Of a stretch of DNA of 64,000 nt, positions 24,462-36,282 are shown piece after piece. The notes beneath the pieces were generated by a model, which was not told where the DNA came from, made no database searches, and worked only from the letters and a program-made list of their open reading frames with translations. This DNA is from an uncultured Gammaproteobacteria bacterium (GTDB lineage Bacteria; Pseudomonadota; Gammaproteobacteria; Poriferisulfidales; GCA-002705445). The position numbers and the translations under genes were made by a program. Location of the stretch: contig CAJXAV010000003.1 in the NCBI GenBank assembly GCA_913050095.1, positions 577-64,576 of the forward strand, written 5' to 3'. Position 1 is the first letter of the stretch; the number at the start of each line of letters is the position of its first letter.

Positions 24462-24510
24462 CGAAAAAAACCCCATATAGGGGCTATAAAAAATCCCCAT
24501 TAATGGGGTC
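24462..24510 (-). terminator. Tandem rho-independent terminators downstream of typA, upstream of rimP
   Basis: Two GC-stem hairpins, CCCCATTAATGGGG (a perfect 14 nt palindrome) and CCCCTATATGGGG. On the transcribed minus strand each is followed by a T-run (ATTTTTT and TTTTTTT). Confidence 0.75.
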
Positions 24511-24639
24511 CAATAGTGTCTAACGAGTTACAAATAGTAGTATATTTTGGAAAGCTGCAAACATCAACATATTTAAAAAAGTTATTATTTTCATATATTT
24601 CTGCAAATAAACTAAAAATGTATTGAATTTAAAAAATAT

Positions 24640-26466
24640 CTAAGATTCTCCTTGCTCCCTAAGGTTTCTTTTTCTTTCATTTGGATCTAAAAATCTCTTC
24701 CTTAATCTTAAACTTTGTGGTGTAACCTCTAATAATTCGTCTTCATTTATATATGACATCATTTGTTCCAAGGACATCATTCTAGGGGGTACTAGAGTTA
24801 CAGCTTTATCTGTCCCAGACGCTCTTACATTTGTAAGTTGCTTACCCTTCATAACATTAATTGCTAGATCATTTTCTTTGCTATGCTCACCAACAATCAT
24901 TCCTTGATAAACTTTTGTTTGCGGCTCTATAAACATTATTCCACTTGATTGAAGATTGAAAATTGCATATGCAACTGCTGTTCCTGTTTCTGTGGATATT
25001 AAAGCACCATTTCTTCTTGATCCCATTTCCCCTTTATATTTATCATATGAATGAAAAACTCTGTTTATGACGCCGGTTCCTCTGGTATCAGTTAAAAATC
25101 TGCTTTGGTACCCAATCAATCCTCTAGAAGGAGCTAAAAATATTAAACGTACTTTGCCTCCCTCTGCTGATTTCATATCAATCATTTCAGATTTTCTTTG
25201 ATTCATTCCGTCGATTACTGTACTTGAAAATTCTTTATCAACATCAATTGTAACTTCTTCTATTGGCTCAAGTTTGTTGTTACTGCTATCTGTTTTATAT
25301 AAAACATTTGGCCTTGAAACAGTCAGCTCGAAACCTTCGCGTCTCATTTGCTCAACAAGAACTCCTAGCTGAAGTTCTCCCCTTCCACCGATTTCAAAAG
25401 CATCTTTATTATCATTCTCAGAAAATGTTATGGCAACATTTACTTCTGCTTCCGCAATTAATCGCTCCCTGATTACAGTAGAAGTAACTTTTTTTCCTTC
25501 TAGACCAGCCAATGGAGAATCATTAACCAAAATTGTTACAGACATTGTTGGTGGGTCAATAGGAGTAGATTGAATAGGAACTGAAACTTCTGCGCTACAA
25601 ATTGTGTCTGCTACAGAAGTTTTCGTTAAGCCAGCAATACAAATTATATCTCCTGCATGAACTTCATTTACTGGAACTCTATCTGCACCATTAAATCTTA
25701 GAAGTTTTGTTAGCCTTCCAGTTTCTACCGTGTTTCCATCTAAATTAATAGACTTAACATTATCATTAACTTTTGCAGATCCTTGTTCAACTTTTCCAAT
25801 TAAACATCTTCCAAGATATGGATCTGAATCTAATAACGTCGATAGCATTGCAAACGGTTTTTCGATTTCTACTTTTGGTGGAGAAACATATTCTAATATT
25901 AGATCCAAAAGTGCATGCAAATTTTTTCTTTCGTTTGTTAGTTCTGAAATACACCAACCATCTCTACCAGATGCATACATAATTGGAAAATCTAGTTGCT
26001 CATCATTGGCGTCTAAAGCAACAAATAAGTCAAATACTTCATCAATAACTTCATCTGGTCTACCGTCAGGTCTATCAACTTTATTTATTATAACAATTGG
26101 TTTTAATCCTTGAGCTAAAGCTTTTCCAAGTACAAATTTTGTTTGAGGCATAGGCCCTTCGGCAGCATCAGTAAGTAATATAACCCCATCTGCCATTCCT
26201 AATACTCTTTCAACTTCTCCCCCAAAATCTGCATGACCAGGTGTATCAATAATATTAATTCTAGTCTCTTTCCAATTCACTGAAGTTGGCTTTGCTAGAA
26301 TTGTTATACCTCTCTCTTTTTCTAAATCGCCAGAGTCCATTAATCTTTCTTCTACTTGTTGATTTTCTCTAAATGTGCCGCTTTGTTTTAAAATAGAATC
26401 AATTAAAGTAGTTTTACCATGGTCAACATGGGCGATAATAGCGATATTTCGCATATCTTCAGACAT
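24640..26466 (-). CDS. typA: Ribosome-dependent translational GTPase BipA/TypA
   Basis: MSEDMRNIAIIAHVDHGKTTL G domain with EF-G-like domains. The ATG at 26466 is used. The track begins 2 codons earlier at a GTG. Confidence 0.9.
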   Translation of the reverse strand: MSEDMRNIAIIAHVDHGKTTLIDSILKQSGTFRENQQVEERLMDSGDLEKERGITILAKPTSVNWKETRINIIDTPGHADFGGEVERVLGMADGVILLTDAAEGPMPQTKFVLGKALAQGLKPIVIINKVDRPDGRPDEVIDEVFDLFVALDANDEQLDFPIMYASGRDGWCISELTNERKNLHALLDLILEYVSPPKVEIEKPFAMLSTLLDSDPYLGRCLIGKVEQGSAKVNDNVKSINLDGNTVETGRLTKLLRFNGADRVPVNEVHAGDIICIAGLTKTSVADTICSAEVSVPIQSTPIDPPTMSVTILVNDSPLAGLEGKKVTSTVIRERLIAEAEVNVAITFSENDNKDAFEIGGRGELQLGVLVEQMRREGFELTVSRPNVLYKTDSSNNKLEPIEEVTIDVDKEFSSTVIDGMNQRKSEMIDMKSAEGGKVRLIFLAPSRGLIGYQSRFLTDTRGTGVINRVFHSYDKYKGEMGSRRNGALISTETGTAVAYAIFNLQSSGIMFIEPQTKVYQGMIVGEHSKENDLAINVMKGKQLTNVRASGTDKAVTLVPPRMMSLEQMMSYINEDELLEVTPQSLRLRKRFLDPNERKRNLREQGES

Positions 26467-26496
26467 AAGCACCTATAATTTTGTAATAAGAAAATA

Positions 26497-26573
<77 letters not shown>

Positions 26574-26609
26574 CCGTATGTATGGAGTGTACTAAAGAAA
26601 TATAAATTA

Positions 26610-28043
26610 TCAAGTAAGTATATTAAAAATATACTTAAATATGGGTTCTGGAAACAAAAATACCATTATAATAATTGCAGGGATAAATGATAAAATTAAA
26701 ACTGATAATTTATCTCCTCTATTTACTAAACTATTTATTCCAGGCTCAAAAAACATAAACCAAATTATACGTAAGTAATAATATAAACCCACAACTGTCA
26801 TTAAGATAACCAAAGTTGCTACCAATATTAAATCTTTACTTATTAATGAATCTATAACTAAATACTTTGCATAAAATCCAACCGTTAAAGGAATTCCAGC
26901 TGTCGAAAGAAGTGTAACCATAAATAATACTGATATAAATCCTAAGGATGCTGACAACCCTTTAAAATCTTTAATATAAACCAAATTATATTTTTTAGAT
27001 GAAATATAGGTTACTAGTGAAATTAATGAAACCGTAGCAAAAGAATAGGAAGCAACGTAAAAAGCAGATACAGAAAAATTATATTCAATAGCAGCATACA
27101 AAGCTAGAAAAATAAATCCTGAGTTAGCTACTCCAGAGTAAGCAATTAATCTCATAATTTTCTTTTGTGCTAGTGCATAAAGGTTTCCAACTATTACTGA
27201 AAATATTCCGAGAAACAAGAATATATTATGAAAGTTATCAATTTGCATAATATTATTGCCATCTAAAAATTTATAAGCTAAAACGAAGAATGCGATTTTT
27301 GGTATCGAAGATATAAAATTTGTTACGGGTAACGGTGAACCCTCATAAACGTCAGGCAGCCACATATGAAATGGGGCTACAGCAAATTTGAAAGCGACTC
27401 CAATAAATATCAAAATATATGAAAATAGATAGAGATTACTAATTTCATTGGTATTTGAAAAAACAATAATTTCTGATATTGAGAGCGAGTTAGTTAAGCC
27501 ATACAGATATGAAAATCCAAACAACATAATTGCAGATGCAATAATACTTAAAACGAAATATTTGATAGCAGCTTCACTTGATAAGCTGTTTGATTTATCT
27601 AAAGCAATTAATGAGTATAAGCTTAAAGAAGAAAGCTCTATTCCTAAAAATAGGACAATTAAGTTATCTGCAGAAATTATTATAAGACATCCTATTAAAG
27701 CAAATATTAATAAGGAGTAGAACTCTCCAGAATCTAATTTTCTAATATTTAAATATTTTCTAGAAATTAAAACTTGGATTAAAAAAATAAAATAACAAAT
27801 GTATTTAAAAAACTCTGTTATATCATTTTTCACTATCGAAGCATTAAATAAGGATAATGCTGTTTCAGGATACACCATGTAAGAAAAAGAAGAAGCCAAC
27901 AAAATAGATAAAATTGTTAATTGAAATACATATTTTTTCAAAAATTCTAGCGTTCCTATTAATAGTATAACCATGGATGATATTGATAATATAATCTCCG
28001 GCATAAAGTGAAATAAACTTGTAATTGTATTTTGTATAATCAT
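26610..28043 (-). CDS. nuoN: NADH-quinone oxidoreductase subunit N
   Basis: Polytopic antiporter-like subunit. Last gene of the nuoA-N operon. Confidence 0.9.
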   Translation of the reverse strand: MIIQNTITSLFHFMPEIILSISSMVILLIGTLEFLKKYVFQLTILSILLASSFSYMVYPETALSLFNASIVKNDITEFFKYICYFIFLIQVLISRKYLNIRKLDSGEFYSLLIFALIGCLIIISADNLIVLFLGIELSSLSLYSLIALDKSNSLSSEAAIKYFVLSIIASAIMLFGFSYLYGLTNSLSISEIIVFSNTNEISNLYLFSYILIFIGVAFKFAVAPFHMWLPDVYEGSPLPVTNFISSIPKIAFFVLAYKFLDGNNIMQIDNFHNIFLFLGIFSVIVGNLYALAQKKIMRLIAYSGVANSGFIFLALYAAIEYNFSVSAFYVASYSFATVSLISLVTYISSKKYNLVYIKDFKGLSASLGFISVLFMVTLLSTAGIPLTVGFYAKYLVIDSLISKDLILVATLVILMTVVGLYYYLRIIWFMFFEPGINSLVNRGDKLSVLILSFIPAIIIMVFLFPEPIFKYIFNILT

Positions 28044-29539
28044 AATTTAAATATAATAGTTTCAGAAATATGTCTTAAGGATGTATTCATAAAATTCATA
28101 ATAAAATCTGGATAAATCCCTAGAATTATTATTATTAATGCAAGAGTAAATAAAATTAATTTTTCTAAGTTATTAGCGTCAATATTTTTATCTAAATCTA
28201 TTTTAATTTCTCCATAAATAACTCTTTTAACTAGCCATAAAGAATAAAATGCTGAGATTATTAGTGTAGAAGACGAAATAAAAGCGTATATAAAGTTTGC
28301 TTTAAAGGATGATATTATAATTAATAACTCACCTACAAAACTAGAAGTTCCAGGTAATCCACAATTAGCTAATGCAAAAAATAAAAAGAACCAGCTATAA
28401 ACTGGCATCTGATTTAATAAACCACTCAAATCTGATATTTTTTTTGTTTTATATCTGTCATATATAGAGCCCACGCATATAAACAATGATGCTGAAACAA
28501 AACCATGCGATATAATTTGGTATAAACTTCCTGAAAGACTTATGATCAAATCATCAACATTTGATGTTTTTTCAAATAATTGAAAAATTATAAAAAATCC
28601 TAAAGTAACAAATCCCATATGAGAAATAGAAGAATAAGCAATTAATTTTTTCATGTCATTTTGAGTTATAGCTATCAAGCCTACATAAGCAATTGCGATA
28701 AGTGATAAAATTATAAAATATATATCTAATGACATAGCTCCAATAGGCACAACAGGTAAAACATACCTAATAAATCCATAAGCTCCAACTTTTAAGAGTA
28801 TGGCAGCCAAAACAACAGACCCAGATGTTGGTGCTTGAACATGCGCATCTGGCAGCCATGTATGAAACGGGAACATTGGTATTTTAATTGCAAAAGCTAT
28901 TGCCATGGCTATAAAAAGCCATTCTTGTTCTACAAGAGTAAAATTAGCATCATATAAATAATTAATATCAAATGAGGAAATTTTAGAATTTATATATAAA
29001 AAAGAAATAAGTAACAGGACAGAGCCGAAAAAAGTATAAATGAAAAATTTTATAGAAGCATAGATTCTGTTAGCGCCACCCCATATACCAATAATTAAAA
29101 ACATTGGGATTAACAAAGCTTCAAAAAAAATATAAAATAAAATTGCGTCAAGTGAGGAAAACACACCTATGGTTAAACCATTTGCAATTAAAAAACTCGC
29201 GTAATACTGATTTCTTTTATCAATTTTTAAATTAAGATTATAAATTGAAACAATAAAAAATATTATTGTATTAAGAATTATTAGTAAAGTTGAGATTCCA
29301 TCAACACCAAGAAAATACTGAATATTTAAAGTATTTATCCAATTATATTTTTCTATAAACTGAAAAGCTTCAACGTCTTGTTTAAAGTTAATTAATAAAT
29401 ATATAGATAAAGCTAGAACAAAAAAATTGATTAATACATTGTAAATATTAAGGATTTTTTCATTTCTATTATAAAAATATAGAATAATACCTGATAATAT
29501 AGGAACCCATATTAATAACGATAATATGTTACTAATCAT
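28040..29539 (-). CDS. nuoM: NADH-quinone oxidoreductase subunit M
   Basis: 499 aa antiporter-like subunit. 4 nt overlap with nuoN. Confidence 0.9.
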   Translation of the reverse strand: MISNILSLLIWVPILSGIILYFYNRNEKILNIYNVLINFFVLALSIYLLINFKQDVEAFQFIEKYNWINTLNIQYFLGVDGISTLLIILNTIIFFIVSIYNLNLKIDKRNQYYASFLIANGLTIGVFSSLDAILFYIFFEALLIPMFLIIGIWGGANRIYASIKFFIYTFFGSVLLLISFLYINSKISSFDINYLYDANFTLVEQEWLFIAMAIAFAIKIPMFPFHTWLPDAHVQAPTSGSVVLAAILLKVGAYGFIRYVLPVVPIGAMSLDIYFIILSLIAIAYVGLIAITQNDMKKLIAYSSISHMGFVTLGFFIIFQLFEKTSNVDDLIISLSGSLYQIISHGFVSASLFICVGSIYDRYKTKKISDLSGLLNQMPVYSWFFLFFALANCGLPGTSSFVGELLIIISSFKANFIYAFISSSTLIISAFYSLWLVKRVIYGEIKIDLDKNIDANNLEKLILFTLALIIIILGIYPDFIMNFMNTSLRHISETIIFKL

Positions 29540-31443
29540 AGTATCCTCGCAAGGATTATTCCAAAAATCACAACGATAGAAAAAACAAATAAAAATGCAT
29601 AATGGTACAAATATCCTGAACTTAAGCTTTTAAGTATTTGCGATAATTTATTAATTTTTTTTGGTAAACCGTTGACAATAAAGCCATCTATAAGGCCAAT
29701 ATCAAATTTACTTGCTAATAAAGAAGATATTTTTTTTGTTTTATTCGATGAATAAATAAATAATTCATCAAATTTATACTTAGTCTGAATAAATGATTTT
29801 AGTTTAATAGTTATAGCACTATTTAACATTTTAAATTTTCTTTCGTCTTTATATAATATTTTTGCCGCAAAAAAGCCAGTTATTAAAGCTATAGATGCAG
29901 GAGAAAGTATTCCATGACTTATGAATGGTAACATTCCCTCATAATGGATATCTTTTAAACCATAAAAATATATTGGCATATCTACAAAGGTTTTGATTAG
30001 ATATCCTGAAAATAATGAAAATATTGCAAGCAATATTAAAGGCAATAAAATAATCATTGACTGTTCTTTAATACTGGATAACTTACCTCCTCTAAAATCA
30101 CCGTGAAAAACAATAAACAAAAGTCTTAATGAGTATATTACTGTAACTAAGGCACCGATTAATAACATGTTATATGACACAAATGAAATTGTGGAGTTAT
30201 TATCTAACATTACCTCTAGTATTAAGTCTTTGGAAAAAAAGCCAGATGTTAAAGGAAATCCAATAATGCTAAGTGTTCCAATTAAAAAACAAATATATGT
30301 TACCGGTAATTTTGAACGTAAACCACCCATCTTTGTAATATCTTGATTATGATGTAAAGACATAATAATAGATCCAGCACACAGAAAAAGAAGAGCCTTA
30401 AAGAAAGCATGGGTAAACAAGTGAAAAAATGATACGGTGTAAGCACTAATTCCTAAGGCAGCAACCATATAACCTAGTTGCGATATCGTTGAATATGCAA
30501 TCACTCTTTTGATATCATTTTCATATATTGCAATAAGACCCATAAATAATGCAGTAGATGATCCTATTATTAAAATAAAACTATTTGTAAAATCTGTTAA
30601 TTCAAATAATGGCGAGAGTCTACCAACCATAAAAATTCCTGCTGTCACCATCGTTGCAGCGTGTATTAAAGCAGAAATAGGAGTAGGACCCTCCATTGAG
30701 TCTGGAAGCCATACATGAAGTGGAATCTGTGCAGACTTTGCCATCGCACCTATAAATAAAAATAAACAAGATAAATCTAAATAACTTAAGCCAAAATATG
30801 AGTCTAAATTTTCAAAATCAACTTTATTAATATTTATAAAAATCGTTCTATAATCAAAAGAATCAAATAATGCATATATCATTGCAATACCTAAAATAAA
30901 AAACATATCCCCGATTCTATTTATTAAAAAAGCTTTTAAATTTGCTTTTATGGCAGATTCTTTCTTGTAAAAAAAACCTATCAATAAATAAGATACTAAT
31001 CCTACACCTTCCCAACCAATAAATAACTGAATTAAATTATTTGACATCACTAGTAATATCATAGAAAAGGTAAATAGCGCGATGTAAGAAAAAAATCTTT
31101 TAAAATCCTTTTCTTCACTCATATAGCTAATACTATAAACATGTACAACAAATGATATCAAAAGAACGACAAATAACATTACTGCAGAGAACTTATCTAT
31201 TAAATAACCAATGCCAATTTCTAAGCTACTTATTGATATCCAATTATAAAAATTTTCATATAAGATTTGATCTTCATGCTTATAAATATTAAATAAAATT
31301 ATTGAAGAAAAAATTAAAGCAACAAAAACTAATGTTGAGCTTAAAATGCCAGCACTAATTTTACCAAGATTATTTGAACTTAGGCCCACTATCAATGAAC
31401 TAGTTAATAAAAGCAATGGAATAAATAGTAGTAATAGTTCCAT
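29536..31443 (-). CDS. nuoL: NADH-quinone oxidoreductase subunit L
   Basis: 635 aa antiporter-like subunit with a long horizontal helix region. Confidence 0.9.
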   Translation of the reverse strand: MELLLLFIPLLLLTSSLIVGLSSNNLGKISAGILSSTLVFVALIFSSIILFNIYKHEDQILYENFYNWISISSLEIGIGYLIDKFSAVMLFVVLLISFVVHVYSISYMSEEKDFKRFFSYIALFTFSMILLVMSNNLIQLFIGWEGVGLVSYLLIGFFYKKESAIKANLKAFLINRIGDMFFILGIAMIYALFDSFDYRTIFININKVDFENLDSYFGLSYLDLSCLFLFIGAMAKSAQIPLHVWLPDSMEGPTPISALIHAATMVTAGIFMVGRLSPLFELTDFTNSFILIIGSSTALFMGLIAIYENDIKRVIAYSTISQLGYMVAALGISAYTVSFFHLFTHAFFKALLFLCAGSIIMSLHHNQDITKMGGLRSKLPVTYICFLIGTLSIIGFPLTSGFFSKDLILEVMLDNNSTISFVSYNMLLIGALVTVIYSLRLLFIVFHGDFRGGKLSSIKEQSMIILLPLILLAIFSLFSGYLIKTFVDMPIYFYGLKDIHYEGMLPFISHGILSPASIALITGFFAAKILYKDERKFKMLNSAITIKLKSFIQTKYKFDELFIYSSNKTKKISSLLASKFDIGLIDGFIVNGLPKKINKLSQILKSLSSGYLYHYAFLFVFSIVVIFGIILARIL

Positions 31444-31446
31444 TTA

Positions 31447-31752
31447 TTATCCCTTAAGTTTATTAATTAAATTAATCTCTATTGAATTCTTAACTCTATA
31501 CAAAGCTACTATAATAGCTAGCCCAATAGCTGATTCTGCTGCTGCGACTGCCAATATAAAGAATACAAAAACTTGACCAGTGATATCGTTACTAAAATGC
31601 GAAAATACAATAAAGTTTGTGTTAACAGATAAAAGCATAAGCTCAATAGACATTAGTAATAAAAGAATATTTTTTCTATTTATAAATATCCCAGCAATAC
31701 TTATACAAAATAAAAGTAAGCTAAATACTAAATAATGGGTCATAGTTATCAT
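31447..31752 (-). CDS. nuoK: NADH-quinone oxidoreductase subunit K
   Basis: 101 aa, three TM helices. Confidence 0.9.
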   Translation of the reverse strand: MITMTHYLVFSLLLFCISIAGIFINRKNILLLLMSIELMLLSVNTNFIVFSHFSNDITGQVFVFFILAVAAAESAIGLAIIVALYRVKNSIEINLINKLKG

Positions 31753-32333
31753 AATTCCTCATCCTTTAATATTTTAAGTCTAGACTCTTTACTTTCTAAA
31801 ACTTGTTTACCTGGATTTTGTTTTAAAGATCTCTGCTTTACATTCAAATTAATTGCAATGGCAGCTATTATCGCTACCAATAAAATAAATGCAGTTACTT
31901 CAAAAGAAAAAATATAATTTGTAAAAAGTGATAGACCAATATCGTATGTATTACCTAGCTCTGAGATAGTTATTTCTTTTTGAATACTAGCAAAATCATG
32001 ATAAAAAATTACCATATATAGCTCGATAAACATTATTAAAGAAATAAATACTGAAAATAATAGATACATTTTTTTACTAATATTCTTTTTTACCTGTATG
32101 TCTAACAACATTATTACAAATAGAAAAAGTACCAAAACAGCACCAACATAAACCAAAACAAGAACAATTGCTAAAAATTCAGCTTGAAGCATCAACCATA
32201 AAATTGCACTATTGAAAAATATTAATACCAAAAGTAAAGCAGCATGTACTGTGTTATTTACCACTATTAAAGCTATCGATGACAATATTATTACTGATGC
32301 CACTAAATAAAAAAGTATTGATAAGATATCCAT
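31749..32333 (-). CDS. nuoJ: NADH-quinone oxidoreductase subunit J
   Basis: 194 aa membrane subunit. Confidence 0.85.
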   Translation of the reverse strand: MDILSILFYLVASVIILSSIALIVVNNTVHAALLLVLIFFNSAILWLMLQAEFLAIVLVLVYVGAVLVLFLFVIMLLDIQVKKNISKKMYLLFSVFISLIMFIELYMVIFYHDFASIQKEITISELGNTYDIGLSLFTNYIFSFEVTAFILLVAIIAAIAINLNVKQRSLKQNPGKQVLESKESRLKILKDEEL

Positions 32334-32335
32334 AA

Positions 32336-32818
32336 TTATTTTCTCTGAGATTTTATACTTTGATCAACCGAGATTTCTTCTTCAAACTTATCGCCTATTT
32401 TAAGTAAATCACTTTTCTTCAAAATATTTTGACCGCGCTCCTCGAAATGGTACTCGAATATTCTCGTTTCTACTATGGCATCGACTGGACAGGCTTCCTC
32501 ACAAAAACCGCAAAATATACACTTAAACAAATCAATATCATATTTTGTTGTTCTTCTTGTCCCATCATTTCTTTCTTCTGTATCTATTGTAATCGCTAAA
32601 GCAGGGCAAACTGCTTCACATAATTTACAGCCTATACATCTTTCCTCTCCGCCTGGATACCTTCTTAATGCATGTAGTCCTCTAAAACGAGAAGATTGCG
32701 GTGCTTTTTCATAAGGGTAGTTTAATGTTGTTTTTTTCTTAAACATATTTAAGAATGTTACTTTCATACCAAGTAGCAACTCATAAAGAAAAAAACTTTT
32801 AAAATATTTTTTTATCAT
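32336..32818 (-). CDS. nuoI: NADH-quinone oxidoreductase subunit I
   Basis: Two CxxCxxCxxxCP 4Fe-4S motifs ([24 protein letters not shown]). Confidence 0.95.
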   Translation of the reverse strand: MIKKYFKSFFLYELLLGMKVTFLNMFKKKTTLNYPYEKAPQSSRFRGLHALRRYPGGEERCIGCKLCEAVCPALAITIDTEERNDGTRRTTKYDIDLFKCIFCGFCEEACPVDAIVETRIFEYHFEERGQNILKKSDLLKIGDKFEEEISVDQSIKSQRK

Positions 32819-32825
32819 TGTTTTC

Positions 32826-33923
32826 CTATGTAAACCAAGGGCCTACCTTAAAGTAAATTAATATCATTTCTACAAAAATCCATATCAATGTTAAAGGTAT
32901 AAGAATTTTCCAACCCAATCTCATAATTTGATCATATCGATATCTTGGGAAAGTAGCCCTAAACCATATAAAACAAAACATAAAGAAAAATGTTTTTATA
33001 ATAAACCAGTGTAATCCGTCATTTATAAAAAATAATAATAAATTATTTATTTGATCATTAATTTGAAAACTATCTAAGTCTTCTAAATAAAAAGGTGATA
33101 GCCACCCACCGAAAAATAAAATTGCTGTTAAAGCAGAAATTAATATCATATTTGCATATTCTGCAATGAAAAATACCGCAAAGCCCATTCCAGAATATTC
33201 AACATGAAAACCTGCTACTAATTCTGACTCTCCCTCCGCAACATCAAAAGGTGCTCTATTTGTTTCTGCAACACCAGCAATAAAATAAATTATAAATAAT
33301 GGAAATAACGGTACCCATAACCAATTAAATATTGAGCCTTTCTGAGCATTTATTATATCTCCAAGATTTAAACTTCCAGAAATCATTATTACTCCCACTA
33401 AAGCAAATCCCATAGCAATTTCGTAAGCAATTATTAGTGATGCTGACCTCATAGCGCCCAGAAGCGCATACTTTGAATTAGATGCCCAGCCAGCAATAAT
33501 AATTCCATAAATACCCAATGACGTCATTGCTAAAATATATAATAAACCAGCATTTATGTTTGATAAAACCATCACACTGTCAAACGGAATTACAGCCCAC
33601 GCTGCAAAGGCTACTGTAAAAGTAATTACTGGCGCCAGTAAAAATAAAAATTTATTGGAATCTGTAGGAATAACTATTTCTTTAAAAAATAATTTAACAC
33701 CATCTGCGAATGGCTGCATTAAACCTTTTGGACCAACAACATTTGGCCCAAGCCTACCTTGCATTGAAGCAATAATTTTTCTCTCAGCATATGTATAGTA
33801 GGCTACTAAAGTCAATAACGGCACCATAATCATACCAATTAATATTAAAGTATATGGCAAACTACTTAAATCATAAAAATAAGCTGATAATGTATTAAAT
33901 ATGTTATTTATATAATTAAACAT
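32826..33923 (-). CDS. nuoH: NADH-quinone oxidoreductase subunit H
   Basis: 365 aa ND1-like membrane subunit. Confidence 0.9.
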   Translation of the reverse strand: MFNYINNIFNTLSAYFYDLSSLPYTLILIGMIMVPLLTLVAYYTYAERKIIASMQGRLGPNVVGPKGLMQPFADGVKLFFKEIVIPTDSNKFLFLLAPVITFTVAFAAWAVIPFDSVMVLSNINAGLLYILAMTSLGIYGIIIAGWASNSKYALLGAMRSASLIIAYEIAMGFALVGVIMISGSLNLGDIINAQKGSIFNWLWVPLFPLFIIYFIAGVAETNRAPFDVAEGESELVAGFHVEYSGMGFAVFFIAEYANMILISALTAILFFGGWLSPFYLEDLDSFQINDQINNLLLFFINDGLHWFIIKTFFFMFCFIWFRATFPRYRYDQIMRLGWKILIPLTLIWIFVEMILIYFKVGPWFT

Positions 33924-36282
33924 TTTCTATTATAATTGGTTGATATTGTTTACCTAAATCATAATGCTCTTTATTAGAGTTAATAATATACACGCAGTCA
34001 TTAGAAACATTTTCATCAATAACAAGGTCCACAAGTAATTTATTTTTTCCTTGTTTTATAATTATTTTATTCTTAGATAAATCTATATTATTTTGTTCCA
34101 AAGTCTTCTTATTTACTCTTACTAAATTCTTATTTATGTTTACCTTATTTAAAGATGTTGCTCTTCTTACAACACTGTCAGTGAAATAACTACTATCACC
34201 GCCACATCTTATTAGAAAATCTTCTTTTTTTATTTTATCTATAGATAATTTTTTTTTGCTTTCATCTAATATTTTTTTATTATTTCTAATGATTGAATCA
34301 ATTTCGTTTAGAATATCTATATAATCTAAAGTTTCTCCAATTTCAGATCCATGAACTAACCTTAATTTTGTTAAAATCTTCCAGCCTTCTTTAGACATGT
34401 AATGCGGTGAGCAACATTGCACGAAAGATTGCCATTCGTTTTCTATGTTAATAAAAGTTCCTGGGCTCTCAAAAACTGTAGCAAGAGGAAGAATTACATC
34501 GTAATAATTCATTTCTTCTTCTGTTATATAGCTCTGAATTCCTAAGACAAATTCAGCATTTTCTAGTGAACTTTTTAGTTCCGAATTATTATAAAAATCG
34601 ATTAGCTCAAGATTATACAAGATGTATGTGTCAAGATTCTCTTTGATTGACTCAGAAACATTTAATCCAGTATTTTTAGAATCAATCATGCCTTCAAGTT
34701 TATTTGGTAAGCACCCGGTTAACCATGCTCCAGCTTCGTTACAATTTTCACTTAAGTATCCTTTATTTGATTTTGTCAGAACTGAAATTATATTAACCAA
34801 AATTTTTAATAGCTGAAATTCAGGATGATTTTTCAAATTCGAACCGAGGATAACTAAAGAGTCTTGTATTAGTAAATCATTACTAATTTCAATTATATTT
34901 TTATTTGTAAGGCCTTTAAAATTTTTCCTAATATCCTCAGGAATGTCAAAACTTTTTAAAGTCTTATCACTTATAGTAACTACAGACAAGTACTCAATAA
35001 TATCTATTAATGTCTCAACTAAGATGTTTGGATTTATTAACAAGGAATTGTTTGTATCAAAATTGTATTTATATTTATATGAACTAATTGAATTTATTTT
35101 TGCATTATTTAAAAAAGCTTTTCTAATTTTATGTGAAAGTATTGGTTGTTGATTTGTAATATCACTATCTAGCAAAAGAATTGATTTTGTATTTTCTATT
35201 TCTTTAATTGGAATATCCAGTTTTGGAAAAAAATCGTATTCCTCGTAATTAAATTTACATTGTGAAACTCTGTGGTCAATATTATTTATATTAATTTCTC
35301 TTAACCATTTTTGAAAAAGATATTGTTCCTCAACAGTTGAACTTGCGCTTATGAAGCCCGCAGACTTTCCAAATCTTGTATCTTTAATTTTTGTTTTAAT
35401 AATCTCAAAAGCTTCTTCCCATTCAACTTCTATGTGTCTTCCATTTACTTTTGCAATTGGTTTTTTTACTCTATCTGGATGGTCAATAGCTTCATATGAA
35501 AATCTATCTCTATCAGATATCCAAATCTCATTGATCTTTTCATTTTCGTGAGGCACTACTCTGAAAACACTATTATCTGATATATGGATATTCATATTTG
35601 ACCCGACACAATCATGCGATGATATAGATTTTACCTCTTCAAGCTCCCAGGTTCTTCCTTTCATATGCGATGGTGAGGCGTTCAATGCGCCTACTGGACA
35701 TATGTCTATCATATTCCCGGACATTGGTGAATTTATTGCCGATGATAAATAAGTTCTAATTTCCATGCCCTCACCTCTACCAATAGCTCCAAATTCTTTT
35801 ATTCCAGCTATTTCTTCGCCATATCTTACGCAACGAGTACAATGTATACATCTTGTCATATTTGTCTTAATTAAAGGACCAATATTGCGATCTATTACTA
35901 CTCTTTTTTCTTGTTCATATCTTGACTTTACTCTACCATGCATTAAAGCTTGATCTTGAAGTTCACACATACCACCTTGATCGCAAACTGGACAATCAAG
36001 CGGATGATTAATCAATAGAAATTCCATGGTATTTTTTTGTGAATTTTTTGCTAAGTCAGATTTTGTAAAATATTCTTGATTTTCCATAGCTGGTGTTGAG
36101 CACGCCGGTTGCGGCTTGTTTATGCCAACCTGCTCAATCAAACACATTCTACAATTAGCAGCGATTGATAATTTATCATGGTAGCAGAACCTTGGAATAT
36201 GTATTCCATTTCTATCAGCAACCTGAATTACAGTTTCTCCTTTCGCAAAGTGAAATTCTTTGTTATTTATTTTAATTTTCAT
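33916..36282 (-). CDS. nuoG: NADH-quinone oxidoreductase subunit G
   Basis: 788 aa with an N-terminal 2Fe-2S domain, 4Fe-4S Cys clusters and a molybdopterin-like domain. Confidence 0.9.
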   Translation of the reverse strand: MKIKINNKEFHFAKGETVIQVADRNGIHIPRFCYHDKLSIAANCRMCLIEQVGINKPQPACSTPAMENQEYFTKSDLAKNSQKNTMEFLLINHPLDCPVCDQGGMCELQDQALMHGRVKSRYEQEKRVVIDRNIGPLIKTNMTRCIHCTRCVRYGEEIAGIKEFGAIGRGEGMEIRTYLSSAINSPMSGNMIDICPVGALNASPSHMKGRTWELEEVKSISSHDCVGSNMNIHISDNSVFRVVPHENEKINEIWISDRDRFSYEAIDHPDRVKKPIAKVNGRHIEVEWEEAFEIIKTKIKDTRFGKSAGFISASSTVEEQYLFQKWLREININNIDHRVSQCKFNYEEYDFFPKLDIPIKEIENTKSILLLDSDITNQQPILSHKIRKAFLNNAKINSISSYKYKYNFDTNNSLLINPNILVETLIDIIEYLSVVTISDKTLKSFDIPEDIRKNFKGLTNKNIIEISNDLLIQDSLVILGSNLKNHPEFQLLKILVNIISVLTKSNKGYLSENCNEAGAWLTGCLPNKLEGMIDSKNTGLNVSESIKENLDTYILYNLELIDFYNNSELKSSLENAEFVLGIQSYITEEEMNYYDVILPLATVFESPGTFINIENEWQSFVQCCSPHYMSKEGWKILTKLRLVHGSEIGETLDYIDILNEIDSIIRNNKKILDESKKKLSIDKIKKEDFLIRCGGDSSYFTDSVVRRATSLNKVNINKNLVRVNKKTLEQNNIDLSKNKIIIKQGKNKLLVDLVIDENVSNDCVYIINSNKEHYDLGKQYQPIIIENV

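Noticed and set aside
26616-26636. AT-rich inverted repeat AAGTATAT-TAAAA-ATATACTT that looked like a nuo operon terminator
   Set aside because: It lies inside the last codons of nuoN (…FNILT), upstream of its stop codon. The stem is all A/T, so it is probably coincidental.
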